Shown here piece after piece: positions 12,515-26,629 of a DNA stretch of 64,000 nt. Source of the stretch: Chiloscyllium plagiosum (taxonomy: Eukaryota); the NCBI RefSeq assembly GCF_004010195.1, contig NC_057718.1, forward strand, positions 65,844,770 to 65,908,769, given 5' to 3'. Made by a program: the position numbers and the translations under genes. The first letter of the stretch is position 1. Every line of letters starts with the position of its first letter. The notes below the pieces were generated by a model. That model saw nothing but the letters and a program-made list of their open reading frames with translations, made no database searches and was not told the origin of the DNA.

Positions 12515-13485
12515 NNNNNNNNNNNNNNNNNNNNNNNNNNNNNNNNNNNNNNNNNNNNNNNNNNNNNNNNNNNNNNNNNNNNNNNNNNNNNNNNNNNNNN
12601 NNNNNNNNNNNNNNNNNNNNNNNNNNNNNNNNNNNNNNNNNNNNNNNNNNNNNNNNNNNNNNNNNNNNNNNNNNNNNNNNNNNNNNNNNNNNNNNNNNNN
12701 NNNNNNNNNNNNNNNNNNNNNNNNNNNNNNNNNNNNNNNNNNNNNNNNNNNNNNNNNNNNNNNNNNNNNNNNNNNNNNNNNNNNNNNNNNNNNNNNNNNN
12801 NNNNNNNNNNNNNNNNNNNNNNNNNNNNNNNNNNNNNNNNNNNNNNNNNNNNNNNNNNNNNNNNNNNNNNNNNNNNNNNNNNNNNNNNNNNNNNNNNNNN
12901 NNNNNNNNNNNNNNNNNNNNNNNNNNNNNNNNNNNNNNNNNNNNNNNNNNNNNNNNNNNNNNNNNNNNNNNNNNNNNNNNNNNNNNNNNNNNNNNNNNNN
13001 NNNNNNNNNNNNNNNNNNNNNNNNNNNNNNNNNNNNNNNNNNNNNNNNNNNNNNNNNNNNNNNNNNNNNNNNNNNNNNNNNNNNNNNNNNNNNNNNNNNN
13101 NNNNNNNNNNNNNNNNNNNNNNNNNNNNNNNNNNNNNNNNNNNNNNNNNNNNNNNNNNNNNNNNNNNNNNNNNNNNNNNNNNNNNNNNNNNNNNNNNNNN
13201 NNNNNNNNNNNNNNNNNNNNNNNNNNNNNNNNNNNNNNNNNNNNNNNNNNNNNNNNNNNNNNNNNNNNNNNNNNNNNNNNNNNNNNNNNNNNNNNNNNNN
13301 NNNNNNNNNNNNNNNNNNNNNNNNNNNNNNNNNNNNNNNNNNNNNNNNNNNNNNNNNNNNNNNNNNNNNNNNNNNNNNNNNNNNNNNNNNNNNNNNNNNN
13401 NNNNNNNNNNNNNNNNNNNNNNNNNNNNNNNNNNNNNNNNNNNNNNNNNNNNNNNNNNNNNNNNNNNNNNNNNNNNNNNNNNNNN
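12515..13485. other. Assembly gap (N run)
   Basis: 971 N characters. Confidence 1.
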
Positions 13486-14357
13486 AACCTCCCGTGACAT
13501 AGGGAGGATATCCCTGGGACTAAGTCCAGCCGTGATGTTATATCTAATCAAAAATGCCATTCCCCCTACTCTCTTACCCCCCACCCCCGTACTTCCTGTA
13601 GTACTCCCAGAATATTAAGCTGCCAGTCCTGTCCATCCCTGAGCCATGTTTCTGTATTTGCTGTGCTATCCCAGTCTCATGTTCCTAACCAAGCCCTGAG
13701 TTCATCTGCCTTCCCTGTTAGGCCTCGTGTATTGAAATAAATGCAGTTTAATTTATCAGTCCTACCTCATTCTCTGCTTTGCTCCTGCCTGCCCTGACTG
13801 TTTAACATGCTCCTTTTCCCACCTGTAGTAGTCTCGGTCTGATCTCTTTCCTCACTAACTCCCTGGGACTCACCCATCCCCCTAACCTTGCTAGTTTAAA
13901 TCCTCCAAAGCAGCTCCAGCAAATCTCCCTGCCAGTGTATTAGTCCCCTTCCAATTCAGGTGCAATCTGTCCTTCTTATACAAGTCATTCTACCACTGAA
14001 GAGATTCCAATGATCCAAAAGTGTGAACCTTTTCCCCTGCACCAGCTCCCCAGCCACACATTCATCTGCACAATCCTCCTATTCCTACCTTCACTAGCTC
14101 ATAGCACTGGGAGTAATCCAGATACTACTATCCTCAAGGACCTCCTTTTTAAATTCCTGCCTAACTTCCTATATTCTCCCTTCAGAATCTCATCCTTTTT
14201 CCTTCCTATGTCATTAGTTCCAATAAATCCAATGATCTCCTGCTGGTCCTACTCCCCTTTGAAAATATTCTGCACTCTCTCTGAGATATCCTTTAACCTG
14301 GCACCAGGGAGGCAACACATCATTCTGATTTCTTGCTGTCTGTCTGTCTGTGCCCCT

Positions 14358-14659
14358 GACTAGAGAGTCCCCATCACAATCGATTGCTTGGAACTAGAAA
14401 TACCCCTCATTACATTAGAGACAGTCTCGATACCAGAAACCTGGTTGTTTGTGTTTGTGACTCGAGAATCCCCTATAACAGTCGATCACTTGGAACGAGA
14501 CAAACCGCTCATTACATTAAAGCCAGCCTTGATACCAGAAACCTGGCTGTTTGTGTTTGTGACAAGAGAGTCTGCTATCACAGTCAAACGCTTGGAACTT
14601 GTCATACCCCTCATTACATTAGAGCCAGTCTCGGTACCAGAATCCTGGCTGTTTGTGCT
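14358..14659. repeat. Tandem triplication of about 102 bp within CR1 ORF1
   Basis: Units start at 14358, 14459 and 14561. Only one unit is present in the sister copy near 3530-3630. Confidence 0.9.
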
Positions 14660-15929
14660 ACATTCCCCTGAGAGGCCATCATCTCCTATATTTTCCAAAA
14701 CAGCATTCTTGTTTGAGATGGAGATAGCTACAGGAGACATCTGTATGACCTGCCTCCCTCTTCTACCTTTCCTGATGGTAACCCATTTACCTGACTGTAT
14801 CTTCGGTTTATGTCCCTTCCTATAACTGCCACCCATCACACCCACTAGCTCCTGTAAATTCCTCATTGCCTCTAACTGCCATTCCAACCTATCAATATGA
14901 TCCAATAGGATTTGCAACCAAACACACTTACTGCAGACATAATCATCATTAACATGGAAACTCTCCCTACTCTCCCACATCTGACAGGGAGAGCACAACA
15001 CTCTACTAAAGGCTATCTTTGCACCTTAACAGTCTATAGACCCAGCCTTACTGCTCTATGAAACACTGCTCAAGACTAACTTAGTACCTATGTTTTATGT
15101 TTTTAAAACTCAATAAAGAGACAGATTTAAATAAAACATATAATCAAAAAGGAACCCATTCAATTCAATATTGTAGATTTACAAAATAAATAGTATTACA
15201 CTTTAAAAAGCCACTTAGCTGCTCCCTGCTGCGAGCTCTCCCACACAGGTTTCTCTAGGGTCAGCTGTGAATTTTGTTAATTTTTCTTAGATGGCTCCAA
15301 TGTCCAGAGATACTTGAAATCAAATAGCAGAACAATCAGCTGTGTAGATTCACTGCTGAGTTAGGTAACCGTGCAGGTTTATTTGTCTGATTGATTTATT
15401 TCCCAAGTAGTCACTGCCTTTGTCTTACTTCTTCCTTTTCAAAGTACCATTGTTTTGATCTGTTTTTTTTCCCAAAGTTCCAAAACAATGTAACAGATTA
15501 TAAAACAGTATTGACCACTCCTAGAATTCGAGGAAATCAGCTCCAGTACTGATAATATCTCAGAAAAGGAGCAGCTCTTCCAGCCACAACTTTTTTCCCA
15601 TCCTCCATCTTGGATTACCCAGCATCCTTTTGTGACAATAAAATTCATGCAGAATGTTCCTTGATCATGTGATAGATAGAAAGTTTTCTTGGACTGACAG
15701 TAGCTTCCTGTTAGTGGAAAATACCATATACTTAGTCACTGCATAGTCACAGCTAATAGCTACATGATCAACTGATTTAAGGTAACTAATCATGCTTCTC
15801 ACATATCTCATTTAGTTTGAGTCTCCAATAACTGTAACCATCTTCCTTTGCTCTAGGTATTATTCCTAGGAGAGTAGTCCCTCATCCCCATTGATTTCAA
15901 TTTTTTGAGGACTCTTTGATACCAAACAT

Positions 15930-16015
15930 GATCAAGAGTCACTGGACTCAAAATTTTAACATTTTTTTTTCCATAGATGCAGCTGCATCCCCTGATTTTC
16001 TCCAGAAATTTATGT
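15930..16015 (+). mobile_element. Degenerate PLE 3' terminus (family C-like)
   Basis: GAGTC-ACTG-GACTC stem II remnant followed by ...ccatagatgcagc..., as in the reverse complement of 27240-27340. Confidence 0.45.
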
Positions 16016-16019
16016 TTTT

Positions 16020-16615
16020 GATCAAATACTGCCTCATGTCAAGGGTAGTTGCTCTTATCTCACTCCTTGAGTTTTGTTCTTTTGTCCATGTTTGAACCCA
16101 AGGCCATTACGAAGTCTGGTGTCAAATGGACCTGATGAAACTCAAACTGAGCATTCATGAGTAGGTTATTGCGTAGGTGTCAATTGATAGCATTGTAGAT
16201 GGTCCCTTCCTTTGCTTTGAGTAGAGTAACGGAGCAGTAATTCAATGGTATGGATTATTCCATCTTTCTAAGTGAACAAAACATTAGAAATTTTCTACAT
16301 TTTCATTGTAAATATACCGAAGCGTCTTGGCAGTAGACCTGTAGCATAAATCTTTATTACTAACAGGACATTGTCAGTGCCCAGATCCATTGCTGCATAC
16401 AATGCCTTCCACCATTTCTTGAAATCATGTAAAATTAACTAAATTAGCAAAAAACTGTATTGCTGGGTATTTAAGGATGGACTGGGATGGATCATCGATT
16501 AGATTCTTCTGACTGAAAATGTTTGCAAATGCTTCATCCTTGTCTTTTGCACTAACAAGCTGGGTTCTGTCATTATTGAGGATTGGGAAATTTGTGAATT
16601 CTCCTCCTCCAATGT
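16020..16615 (-). mobile_element. Old LINE RT fragment (CR1/L2 superfamily, second family)
   Basis: Collinear similarity with 29260-29930 and 39250-39620. Confidence 0.6.
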
Positions 16616-18514
16616 TTTAAAGAACAGCACTTCAACGCAACACACTTCCAAATCCATTCCATGAAGGAAATCCATATTGCCAAATGTCAAAAGTTGTAAA
16701 TCAAGAAGAAAAAGAATGTAGAATTAACATGGTGCGGCAGAAAGTTGGGAAAAGTAGAAATGGATTGGTGACATCATATTAAGATACATTTATCATTTTA
16801 GACAATGAAAAGTTAAGCACTGAGGGAGACATTAGCTGATTCAGAATAAGCAAAGGAAAACAGAAGGCTGAGGAGAATGTCGGATGAACTTTTGTTAACT
16901 ATTCACATGCAATGACAAGTAAGAGCTCCGCTCTTCTTCTGAATACCAATGTAGGAAGGAATTCATTGGGATTTATGGAAAACAATCAACAGAGTTCTTT
17001 AAGTGAAGAAGAGTAGAGCTTCCCTGTGTTTAGAGTTTAGCAAAATAGTTAGTGTATTTGGATTAGAATTAGATTCATTATGTTACAAATAAAGAGACGT
17101 ATGGAACCAGAACTTCTGATTGTCCCTAAATCAGAGCAGATAAATTTGTTGGATATTTGAGATTGAACTTGCTGTTAAGTCCCAGTCAGTCAGGGATGTT
17201 GGGACTTGCATATGTTTCAATTCTGAATCTCCAGTCTGTGCTGCTGCAAAGACAATATTCCTATCAGATAATCTACACCTGGTTTTGTTGTATTTTGAGC
17301 TTAGAAAATATTGTTATCATGATTAAGAAATTTGAGTAATTTTTCAAAGTGATTGACTCTAATAAACAAATTGAAAGCATGTTGTTCTTAAGAATTCAAA
17401 AGAGATTTTAAAGACATTTGTAATATGTGTCTTCTGCTAATCTTTGTAAGTTTGAATAACTGTTGAGCCTACTTTTATGATTGTTCCAGACATAGTTGTT
17501 ACACCAATGTGGGAATTACCATAAACGTTTCCATTGAAGTTAGCCGTTGAAGCCGTGAACTATCCCCTAAAAAGAATTTAGTATTGAGAATAAAAATGAA
17601 TCCCACATGTGGATGTAGATGGTTGCCATCTTTATCCTTCAGCATTTGGGGTCTACTCCGTGTGAGTGTGTCTAAAACTGTTGCACATCTCTGCAACTTT
17701 TTCTATATTGCCTGCTAAATCTCATGAATCTTTTATGCAGGCATTGCTCTTAAGGCTGATATTTACTGCCAATCTCTAACTGACCTTAAGAGATGGTGTT
17801 AAGCTATTCCTTTGAATCACTATTGCCATTTGGTGAAGGTATTCCAACAGCATTGCAATGTATGAAGTATCAGAATTTTTATCCAGTGACAATAAAACAA
17901 AAAGAAAGACTTGCTTTGATATAATGCTTTCCATGATTATAAGATCATAAAAAAATTGAAGTAGACCATTTAGCCCATCAAGCTTGCTCTACTCTTCAAT
18001 AGCATTATGGCTGATCTGATTGTGACCATGTCTTGACTTTCCCACCAGTCTTCTCAAAGCACTTTGAAACCAATGAAATACTTTTGAAGTGAGATTGTTG
18101 TAATGCACAAATGGTGATAAATTCCAAGTCCAGACGATTGATGACTTTGAACTGAATTTGCATTTGGTGGTTGTCGCAGGTTTGAGATGTACTATCAACA
18201 TTGTCTTAGCGAGTTGGTTTATATACTTGAAACCCAAGTCTATTTGGACATCCACTGTTTCGAGCAAGTAGCCTGTTCGACCTACATTGAAGCCTCCTGG
18301 AAGTCCTTATTACTATATCCTTAATATTCCCCTGTTCACTATTTTAATTACTTTTTCAAAGACATAACCAGGTTTGTCAAGCATGATTAAGTTTTTACAA
18401 ATCCATGCAGGCTTTCCCTGATCAACTGAAAATTTTTATGTCATTCCAATCTTAATTATAGATTCTACAAAATCCCTCATGACAGATGTTAGCCAAACTG
18501 GTCTATAACTCTCA

Positions 18515-20850
18515 GCTTGTTAGGGAGGAAATTATGGGCCCCCTAGTGAAATATTTGTATCATCTATAACCATGGGTGAGGAGTCAGAGAACTGGAGGAT
18601 GGCATTATTTAACAAAGGTTGCAAGGAGAAACCTGGGAACTATAGACCTGCGAGTCTAACATTGGTGGTGGGTAAGTTGTTGGAATGATTCTAAAAAACA
18701 GGATTTTCATGCTTTTGGAGAGGCAAGGAATGATTAGGGATAGTCAAAATGGTTTTGTGTGAGAGAAATTGTGTCTCACAAACTTGATTGAGATTTTTGA
18801 GAAAGTAACCAGAAATATTGATGAGGGCAGAGCAACAGACAATGTTAACTGGGACTTTAGTAAACCCTTTGATAAGGTTTCACATGGTAGACTAATTAGT
18901 AAAGTTGGATTATTTGGGATTCAGGGAGAGCTTGCCAATTAGATACAAAATTGGCTTTACTGTAGGAGACAAAGGGTAATAGTGGAGGGTTGTTTTTCAG
19001 ACTGGAGGCCTGTGACCAGTGGTGTTCCATCAGCATTAGTACTGGGTCCACTTTTGTTCGTCACTGATAAAGTGATTTGGATGACAATATAGGAGGCATG
19101 GTTAGTAAATTTGCAGGTAATACCATGACTTAGATGAAAATGTAGATGGGTGGGTTAGTCAGTTTGCAGACTATACAAACTTTGGTGGGGCTGTGGATAG
19201 TGTAGAAGATTGTCAAAGGATACAGCCGGCTATAGATCAGTTGCAGATATGGGCCGAGAAATGGCAGATGGAGTTTAATCCAGGTAAGTGTGAGGTGCAG
19301 CACTTTGGGAGGTCAAGTGTTAAGAAAAAGTATACATTTAATGGTAGGACCCTGAACAGCGTTGATATACAGAAGGATCTTGCAGTTCAAGTCCAGAGCT
19401 CCCTGAAAGTGGCAATGCAAGTAGACAGGGTGGTAAAGATGGAGTGTGGCATGTTTGTCTTTATTATTCGGAGAATTGAGTACCAGGGTCAGGATGTCAT
19501 TTTGCAGCTTTATAAGACTTTGGTTAGGCCACACTTAGAGTATTGTGTTCAATTCTGGTCAGCACATTACAGGAAGGATTTGGAGGCTTTAGAGATGATG
19601 CAGAAGAGGTTTTCCAGGGTGCTCCCTGAATTCGAGGGCATGAGCTATAAGGAGGGGCTAAAAAAACTTGGGTTGTTTTGTCTGGAATGGCAGAGGCTAA
19701 AGGGAGACTTGATAAAGAAGACTATAGAATTATGAGATAGGGTTGATGGTCACAATCTTTTTCACAGAGTTGAAATGTCTAAAACTAAGGGGCATGCATT
19801 TAAAGTGAGAAGGAGAAAGTTCAAAAGAGATGAGGGGCAAGGTTTTTACACAGACAGTGATAAGAGTCTGGAAGATGCTGTCCAAAGTGATGGTGGAGGC
19901 AGATATGATAGGGGCATTTAAGGGACTTTTAGATAAGAATATGCAAGGAATGGAGGGATATGGACCAATGGCAGGCAGAAGGAATTAGTTTAATTTGGCA
20001 TCCTGTTCATCACAACATCATGGGCGGAAGGGCCCATTCATGTGCTGTACAGTTCTATGTTCTATGATGGTATGGTGGACAGTGAAGGTTATAGCATTTT
20101 GGTAAAACAAACAAGGGCAGGACTTACACAATTAATGGTAGGGCCTTGGGTAGTGTTGTAGAACAGATACCCCTAAGGTTTCAGGTACATAATTCTTTGA
20201 AATTTGCAACCCCAGTAGACAGTGTAGTTAAGAAGGCAATTAGCAAGCTTGCCTTCATTGCTCAGATCTTTGACTAAAGGAGTTTGGACATCGTGTTGAT
20301 ATTGTACAGGATGTTGGTGAAACCTTTTCTGGAGTACTGTGTGCAGTTCAGGTCACCTTGCCTCAGGAAGAATATTATTAAACTGGAGAGGATTTAGAAA
20401 AGATTTACCAGAATGTTGCTAGGAATGGAGGGTTTGACTTATAGGCTGGGACTTTTTTCAGTGGAACTTGGTAGGTTGAGGGGTGACCCGATAGAGGTTT
20501 ATAAAATCATGAGTGGCATAGATAAGGTGAATAGCAAAAGTGTTTTTCCTTAGGTTGGGGAGTTCAAAACTAGAGGCATTTTTTTTTAAGGTGAGACGAG
20601 AGAGATGTAAATGGACATGAGGGTAAAACTATTTTTACACAGAGAGTGGCTAGTGTGTGGAATGAATTGCCAGATGAAGTGATGAATGCAGGTACAGTTA
20701 CAACATTTAAAAGGCATTTGGATAAGTTTATTAATAGGAAAGGTTTGGAGGGATATTTGGGCAAACACAGGTAAGTGGGATTGGCTTAGTTTGGGAACAT
20801 GGTCAGCATGGACTAGTTGAACCAAAGGGTTTGTTGCTATAGAAATCTAT
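18515..20850 (+). mobile_element. CR1 RT and 3' end with a second CR1 3' fragment nested at about 19125-20065
   Basis: PGNYRP, FDKVSHG and LYKTLVRPHLEYCVQFW motifs. Two separate 3'UTR tails (about 20050 ttctatg repeats and about 20830). Confidence 0.88.
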
Positions 20851-20879
20851 GTGTACAACTGCCATACACAATTTCCCAA

Positions 20880-21560
20880 TCTAATGTGATAGCCTCAGAC
20901 TGAGAGAACTTTGAAGTATTATAAATATGGTACCTGAAATGATCTCATTTAATTTCTTTAAAACCATGGGGCAGGAGTAATATAGGCTTGATGATCTGTC
21001 ATTCTTCATTGCCAATATTATCTTAATTACTGTTTTTTTGCTTATGTGAACTATGGCGAGTGTCTGTCCCTGACTCAATATCAATGTTTTTCGAATGTCT
21101 GGCATGCTGACCTTTTCATCTACTGTAAAGAATAATGCAAAGTAATGATTTAACATATTGACCATTTAGTTGTGGCTTTTTTTCTGCAATGGATGTCTAT
21201 TGCCTCCGGGGCATATAAAATGGTTACATGTCCATTAAACATCTTTGATATTTTTACATATGAACAGCTATGTTCAGTATACAGTGGCCAGTCTCTGACT
21301 CAGTGCTCAGAAATTAGTCTTACCCAAATCTAAACTCTTAGATGCATTCCATTTTGTGTTTCATCTTTGTTCCCTTCAAAAATTATACTGATCCATTCAT
21401 ATTATGATCACTATGAGATAAATGGTCATGTTGTTAACCAATCAGGAACATTACTCATGAATAAATCTAATATTGTTTGCTCACTTGTTTGACCTAGGTC
21501 ATATTGTTTCAAATAAATATCCTCAGCACATTCAACAAAAAATATTTGTTAATCTGCTTA
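20880..21560 (-). mobile_element. Old CR1 ORF2 fragment
   Basis: MLNHYFALFFT...KNDRS...PMVLKKL resembles the CR1 linker LNEYFASVFT...DKSPGPD...PRVLKE. Confidence 0.55.
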
Positions 21561-21929
21561 TTTCAATCCTTCTGTAGTTGAACTTGTGCCATTAAACTTC
21601 TTCTGCCTTTGCCTACATACTTTTCTTATTAGCTCACAGCGACTACCAGAGCTCCAACACACAACTCCGGTTTCATTTCTTACCCCTCCACATGGGGCTG
21701 TTTTTTTTTTTCACAGAGTTGAAAAGACTCCACAAATCTTTAAAAATAGTGGCTGTGTTCCAAGTACAACGTCCTGTCCCCTTCCTGATAAATCCAATTT
21801 TTTGTCAACATAGGAAGGAGATCAGGGTGTGATTCACTTAAGTGGGAAACCTGAACTCAGCATCTGCAATCAAACCAGTTTTGACTGTTACAAGAGTCTT
21901 AGCACATTGTGTGGGATCATAAATTGATG

Positions 21930-22025
21930 GAGTTGAGAGTATAGTGCTGGAAAAGCACCGCAGGTCAAGCAGCATCCGAGGAGCAGGAGAATTGACGTTT
22001 TGGGCATAAGCCCTTCATCAGGAAT
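21930..22025 (-). mobile_element. PLE family A 3' terminus with hammerhead motif (GAAA mutated)
   Basis: Reverse complement reads attcCTGATGAagggcttatgcccAAAAcgtc. Confidence 0.8.
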
Positions 22026-22559
22026 CCTACTGAATACAGTACCCAGGATAAATGTTTGTGGTTGTTGGTAACCAATCATTTTTGCTTCAGGATATCATTA
22101 CATGTGTTCCTCAGAGCACCGTCCTAGAGCCATACATCTTTTTTTTACTTCATGAAGAAACGTCTTTACATCATAAGGTGAGAAATGCAGATGCATTCTG
22201 AAAATTTCAGAGTGTTGAGTACTTTTCCTGATTCCTCAGATCTAAGCACACATTCAACAAAACCTGGACACAGCATTTAATAAGTGATATACATGTCCTA
22301 TAAATGTCAGTCAACGGCTCTCGTGGCCCAGTACATGCTTAACTTCAAACAAATTTTTATGTTTTAACAAAACCATAAAGGCTGGAAAAATATAGCTGTA
22401 CAAGGATCACAGGAATTTCTTTGTAGATTAAAATACTCGCCTGTCTCCAGACAGAACAAAAGGAACTGTCCAGATTGACGTCAACGCGATTGGTGGAGTT
22501 TTGTTTTTTTGGGTGAAATTTGGAGAGAGGAAGGAGGTTCAGGTTGAGTTTTCTTGTGC

Positions 22560-25160
22560 TATTTCATTCTCCTAAGCCCATTGCTGGAGCATGCAAGAGT
22601 AAAATGCTAAACATCAATATCAGGCAGGCAGGCAAGAAGTTCCGCCCACCATCAAGACCTTCTGGTATTCAACCTCGAGATGCCATGTTTAAAATGTATT
22701 TTATAGTGCTTCACTCTCTGCAATCCAGGAACATCAGTCAACTTCTGATCATTACCCTCAGCTATTCATGGTGACATCAAAAGACAGACAAAAGTGCAGC
22801 TCTATACTTTAGTGATGCCTTCCCTCAGGCTTTCCCAAAAGCTTTCCAGGAAAAAAAGGGATTGTTTTCCCTGTGAATGCCAACACAAGTCATCCTGACT
22901 AGCATAAGCATTCTAGACAAAGTGACTACAGAGGTGCTTATGGGTAGCTCAAATGAAGCAAAAAGATGAATGATTTGCTGCACTCTACCAGGCTATATAT
23001 CATTTTCTACTCAATACGTCATGCTCCAATATGTGTGAGTTAACATCATAACATTGTTACTACAGAGTCTGGCACTTAGAAGACTGAGTGCCAGACATCT
23101 CCATCAGATGCCACACCTGCAATCAATGTCAGTCACTTTATTGCAGCTACCAATGTTTCACTACTTAGCACCTGCCTCTTAAACATCTGCCAGGGTTCAC
23201 ACTTCAAAAATAAAAAGTAGCTACAACACTCATACTCATGCACCATCAACTTACTGACCTTTTATTACAACCAGTAGAACATACATATCTCATAGCTTTT
23301 TATCAAAGGCTTGTATGGGACAAGGACACAATCACAGAAGATGGCTTTGTAGTAACTTCCTCACAGATATCTTGTCAACAATAATGTAAAATCCCATGTT
23401 GTTATTAATCAACTACAGCTCTTTGATAATAGTGAATCATCTTTCATTCAAAATCCTTTAACACCTAGCTTCTCCAATACCACAATCTTATTACTAACAA
23501 AGCACACAAACAATCACAGTTTTGGGGATTGACTTTTCTACTGATCAATGCTTAAAAATGTTTCTTAATGCTTGATCCTTCTGCAAGAGAAAATATTCAC
23601 AATCCTCTAAGAATCAAACATTCTCCCCTTCTTAGTCCTAAAAGGGCAATCCTTAATTTTAAAGCAGCATACCCTGATTATAGACTGACCCACAAGAAGA
23701 AACATCCTTTCCATGTTCACCCTTTCAAGACCATTCAGCCTCTTAAATAATGCAGTCCCCTCACTCTTCCAAACTCCAGTGGATACTCCTGGCTCATCCA
23801 ATTTATCCTCAAAAGATAACAAGCTTATTCAGTGTATTGATCTTGTAAACTTCCTCTAGACTACTTTTAAAGCATTTACATTCTTTCCTATATAACAAGG
23901 CCAAAACTGTACACAGTATTCAACACATGGTTTTACCAATGCCCTATATAATTGAAGCATAACGTCATTACTTTTATGTCCACTTCCACTCATAATAAGA
24001 GCTCTTAACCCATGAGCCTGCTTGAATGGACAATTGAAAGGCTGACTGGACAGTATTAAGAGAGTCAACACTGAGCAGTCCAACTCCAAGGCAGAAGTGA
24101 TTTATTCACATGCATACAAAAAGTAACATTTAAAAACTTTCCATCAAGCCTCAAACAGTCATGATGTTTATACACAAAATATAGTAACACGCCCCATCCG
24201 AGCAATCAACCAATTACTAACCATGGTACATGTCAAATGTTTTAACTGTTAACTAAATGTTTAAATCTAGTTTTCAGAGGCCCAAAATGTTTTAGAAGTA
24301 CAATCCTTCTACAGTTAAGTGGGATATACTTATTCAAAGTGAAATGTATGCTCCCTGAAAACAAAGTTAACATATTATCCTCATAGTATTACACTGTAGC
24401 TTAAATGCTTCACTTTCTAATTAAATACCACTAAATAGCATGTAACATTCTGATTAGTCAGAAACTGTATGCCTGACCGTTGACTTCAGGGGTTTGACTT
24501 AAGAGTTACCCTTGCTAGTGTCCTGTTCTTCCAGAAAAGGTTTATTAGCTAGTACCAATAGGGATGTTATAAATTGCAAATGTCTGCAGACTCATGTTGT
24601 CTTTGGGAGTCCTATGTGTTTAATTGCACCTTCTCAAAACAAACTACGGGACCCAAGGTCTAATTTTTCTTCATTACTGGTTCATCCCCTGACTGTGGAC
24701 AGACCTCTGTGGTTTGTCAAATATGATAAGTTTATTCTTTATGTATTCCATCTCCTGCACGTGGACATCTGTCCTTATGTAGTGTGCCTCACTGTGGGCT
24801 ATTTTACTTTTAACTCTTTACATCCCTGTTATGTCTTATCATGATGACCTGTTCTTGTCTTTTATTTTACATTATTTTATTTCATCCTTCAATGATCTGT
24901 CGAGAGTAGGCTCAGAATCACATTATGGTGAGCACAGACCTGATGTTGACCCTGAATGACAAGAAAAAAAGCCAAGGACTCTGACACTCAGAGCACTACT
25001 GGAGAACAGGCTACTGCTGAGTCCAGTGCAGACGATGAGCCTCTGGATTCAGCCATTAGTGAGCTGACGGTGACACATAGGCAAGCAGTTGAACAACTGG
25101 CAGAAGTGACAGAGATCCTGTATGGATGGAGGAAAGACCAGAACAGTCTGCCCAAGTTCT
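22560..25160 (+). mobile_element. Possible Harbinger Myb/SANT-like gene remnants (about 22790-22960 and 24900-25160), interrupted by a CR1 fragment (about 23530-23990, -)
   Basis: Degenerate FSDA...LF start and a low-complexity QATAESSADDEPLDSAI segment, reminiscent of Harbinger accessory proteins. Recognition is weak. Confidence 0.35.
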
Positions 25161-26629
25161 GAAGGTTGTGGAAGGAGAATATAGTTTACCATGCAAATAC
25201 TTACCTACTAACTCTAATATTTTACCTTAATATGAACCTGCTAATTTGTTCTGACATAGATACCTGTAAAAGGTAACGATCACCATGCTTCATGCTAGGA
25301 GTGCGGTTGAGAAGGTGAGATCTTCATGGGAACCTCAGCTGGTATGAGAATTGGACTTGCCCTGTTGGCATTGCCAACAGTAGTCCAGCCAACTGTTCTA
25401 ACCAACCACCCTGCCATACCCCTGTGAAACACTACTAAAGATGGATTTGAAAATTAAGTTTAACAGGACTCCGAAACACTCTTAAGGGCCAGTATGTTTC
25501 TCCAGTATATTGCTGAGCCAAGCAGGTTTCTGATTCAATCCACAGGCTTGTGTTGATGAGCTGATCTTAGCCAGAATGCCAGCAATAGCATTACAATGTA
25601 CCTGGAAGTGCATTTGCGGATAGTGCTAGAGACAGGATTGTGGTGAATCCACTGTAATTTATTACCCCTGTTTAAGAACCATTTTGCACAATAACAGTCA
25701 AGTTTAAAACAAGCATTTGGTGAGTCTGTGATGAGGTACTGTAGAATTGCTTCCTCTGCAAGAGTTAACATTTAGTGTAATCAGAAAACACCATGCCATG
25801 ACATTCTAATGATTATCCTAATCAACATTGAGAAGAGATATTGATTTCATTTATTTGATTTAATAGCCAAGTAAATGTCATCCAACTGATGGAGCAAAAA
25901 AATGATGCTGTTTCATTAGAAAATTGGAGATATTTGGAGATGGATAATTTTAAATAGCCACTTGCCTCATTATAATTCAGTTTGATTTAATAAAATAGCA
26001 TAGAAATGCATTGCAAAACAAATTTGCCAGGAAGCTATCTTCCAGGAGAGGATATTTTGCTATTATTTAGGTTATAATGTGCTTTCACATATGATGAGTA
26101 ATGAATGTTGCTTCTATATTGATTTAACCATTTAAATTCTTATTCGAATGCCATTTCCCATTAAAGTATATTGATTGCATTAAAGGACATTTTTGTCTCT
26201 TTGGGGAACCGTTTGTAGCAGCATGTAAAGCTGCAACCATGTCTCACTAATGTGGCTGCAGGAGAGTGTTCACAGTGCAGAAAACACCAGACTAGATTTC
26301 AAAATATTGACCTACCAGCATTCCTTATGAATTTTTGTTCCCCCAGTGATCCATTGGCATGCATCATTCATGGATTATTGTATTCTGTTCTACTCACTAA
26401 CTTCATAAATCATTGGGCAAGATGTTTTATAGTACATAGGATAAATGGCACAGAAAGAAGCCACTTGGCCCAATCAGATTATGCTCCTGTTTATGCTCCA
26501 CTTGAACCTATCATTTCTCAAAAATCTCCTATTGTAGCCACCGTTTCATTTCTCTGACTATTCATTTTCCTGTAAATGCATTTACGCTCTTTTCTTCAAC
26601 TACTCCTTTTGTAAATAAGTTCCATGTTT

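Larger units (their letters stand above)
9812..15620 (-). mobile_element. Near full-length decayed CR1 LINE spanning the assembly gap
   Basis: 5'UTR homologous to 4050-4600. ORF1 with CxxC...CxxC zinc finger and GDS esterase motif (14486-15001). ORF2 EN and RT fragments. 3'UTR near 9812-9960. Confidence 0.92.

Noticed and set aside
12310..13618. Three long ORFs (342-424 aa) in the track
   Set aside because: They are open only because they cross the N gap.
14358..14659. Possible CRISPR-like repeat array
   Set aside because: Contiguous tandem units with no unique spacers, inside CR1 ORF1 in eukaryotic DNA.
24956..25162. 68-aa ORF as an extra exon of the host gene
   Set aside because: No convincing splice sites, it ends in a stop, and the flanking exons already join in phase. 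More likely transposon-derived.
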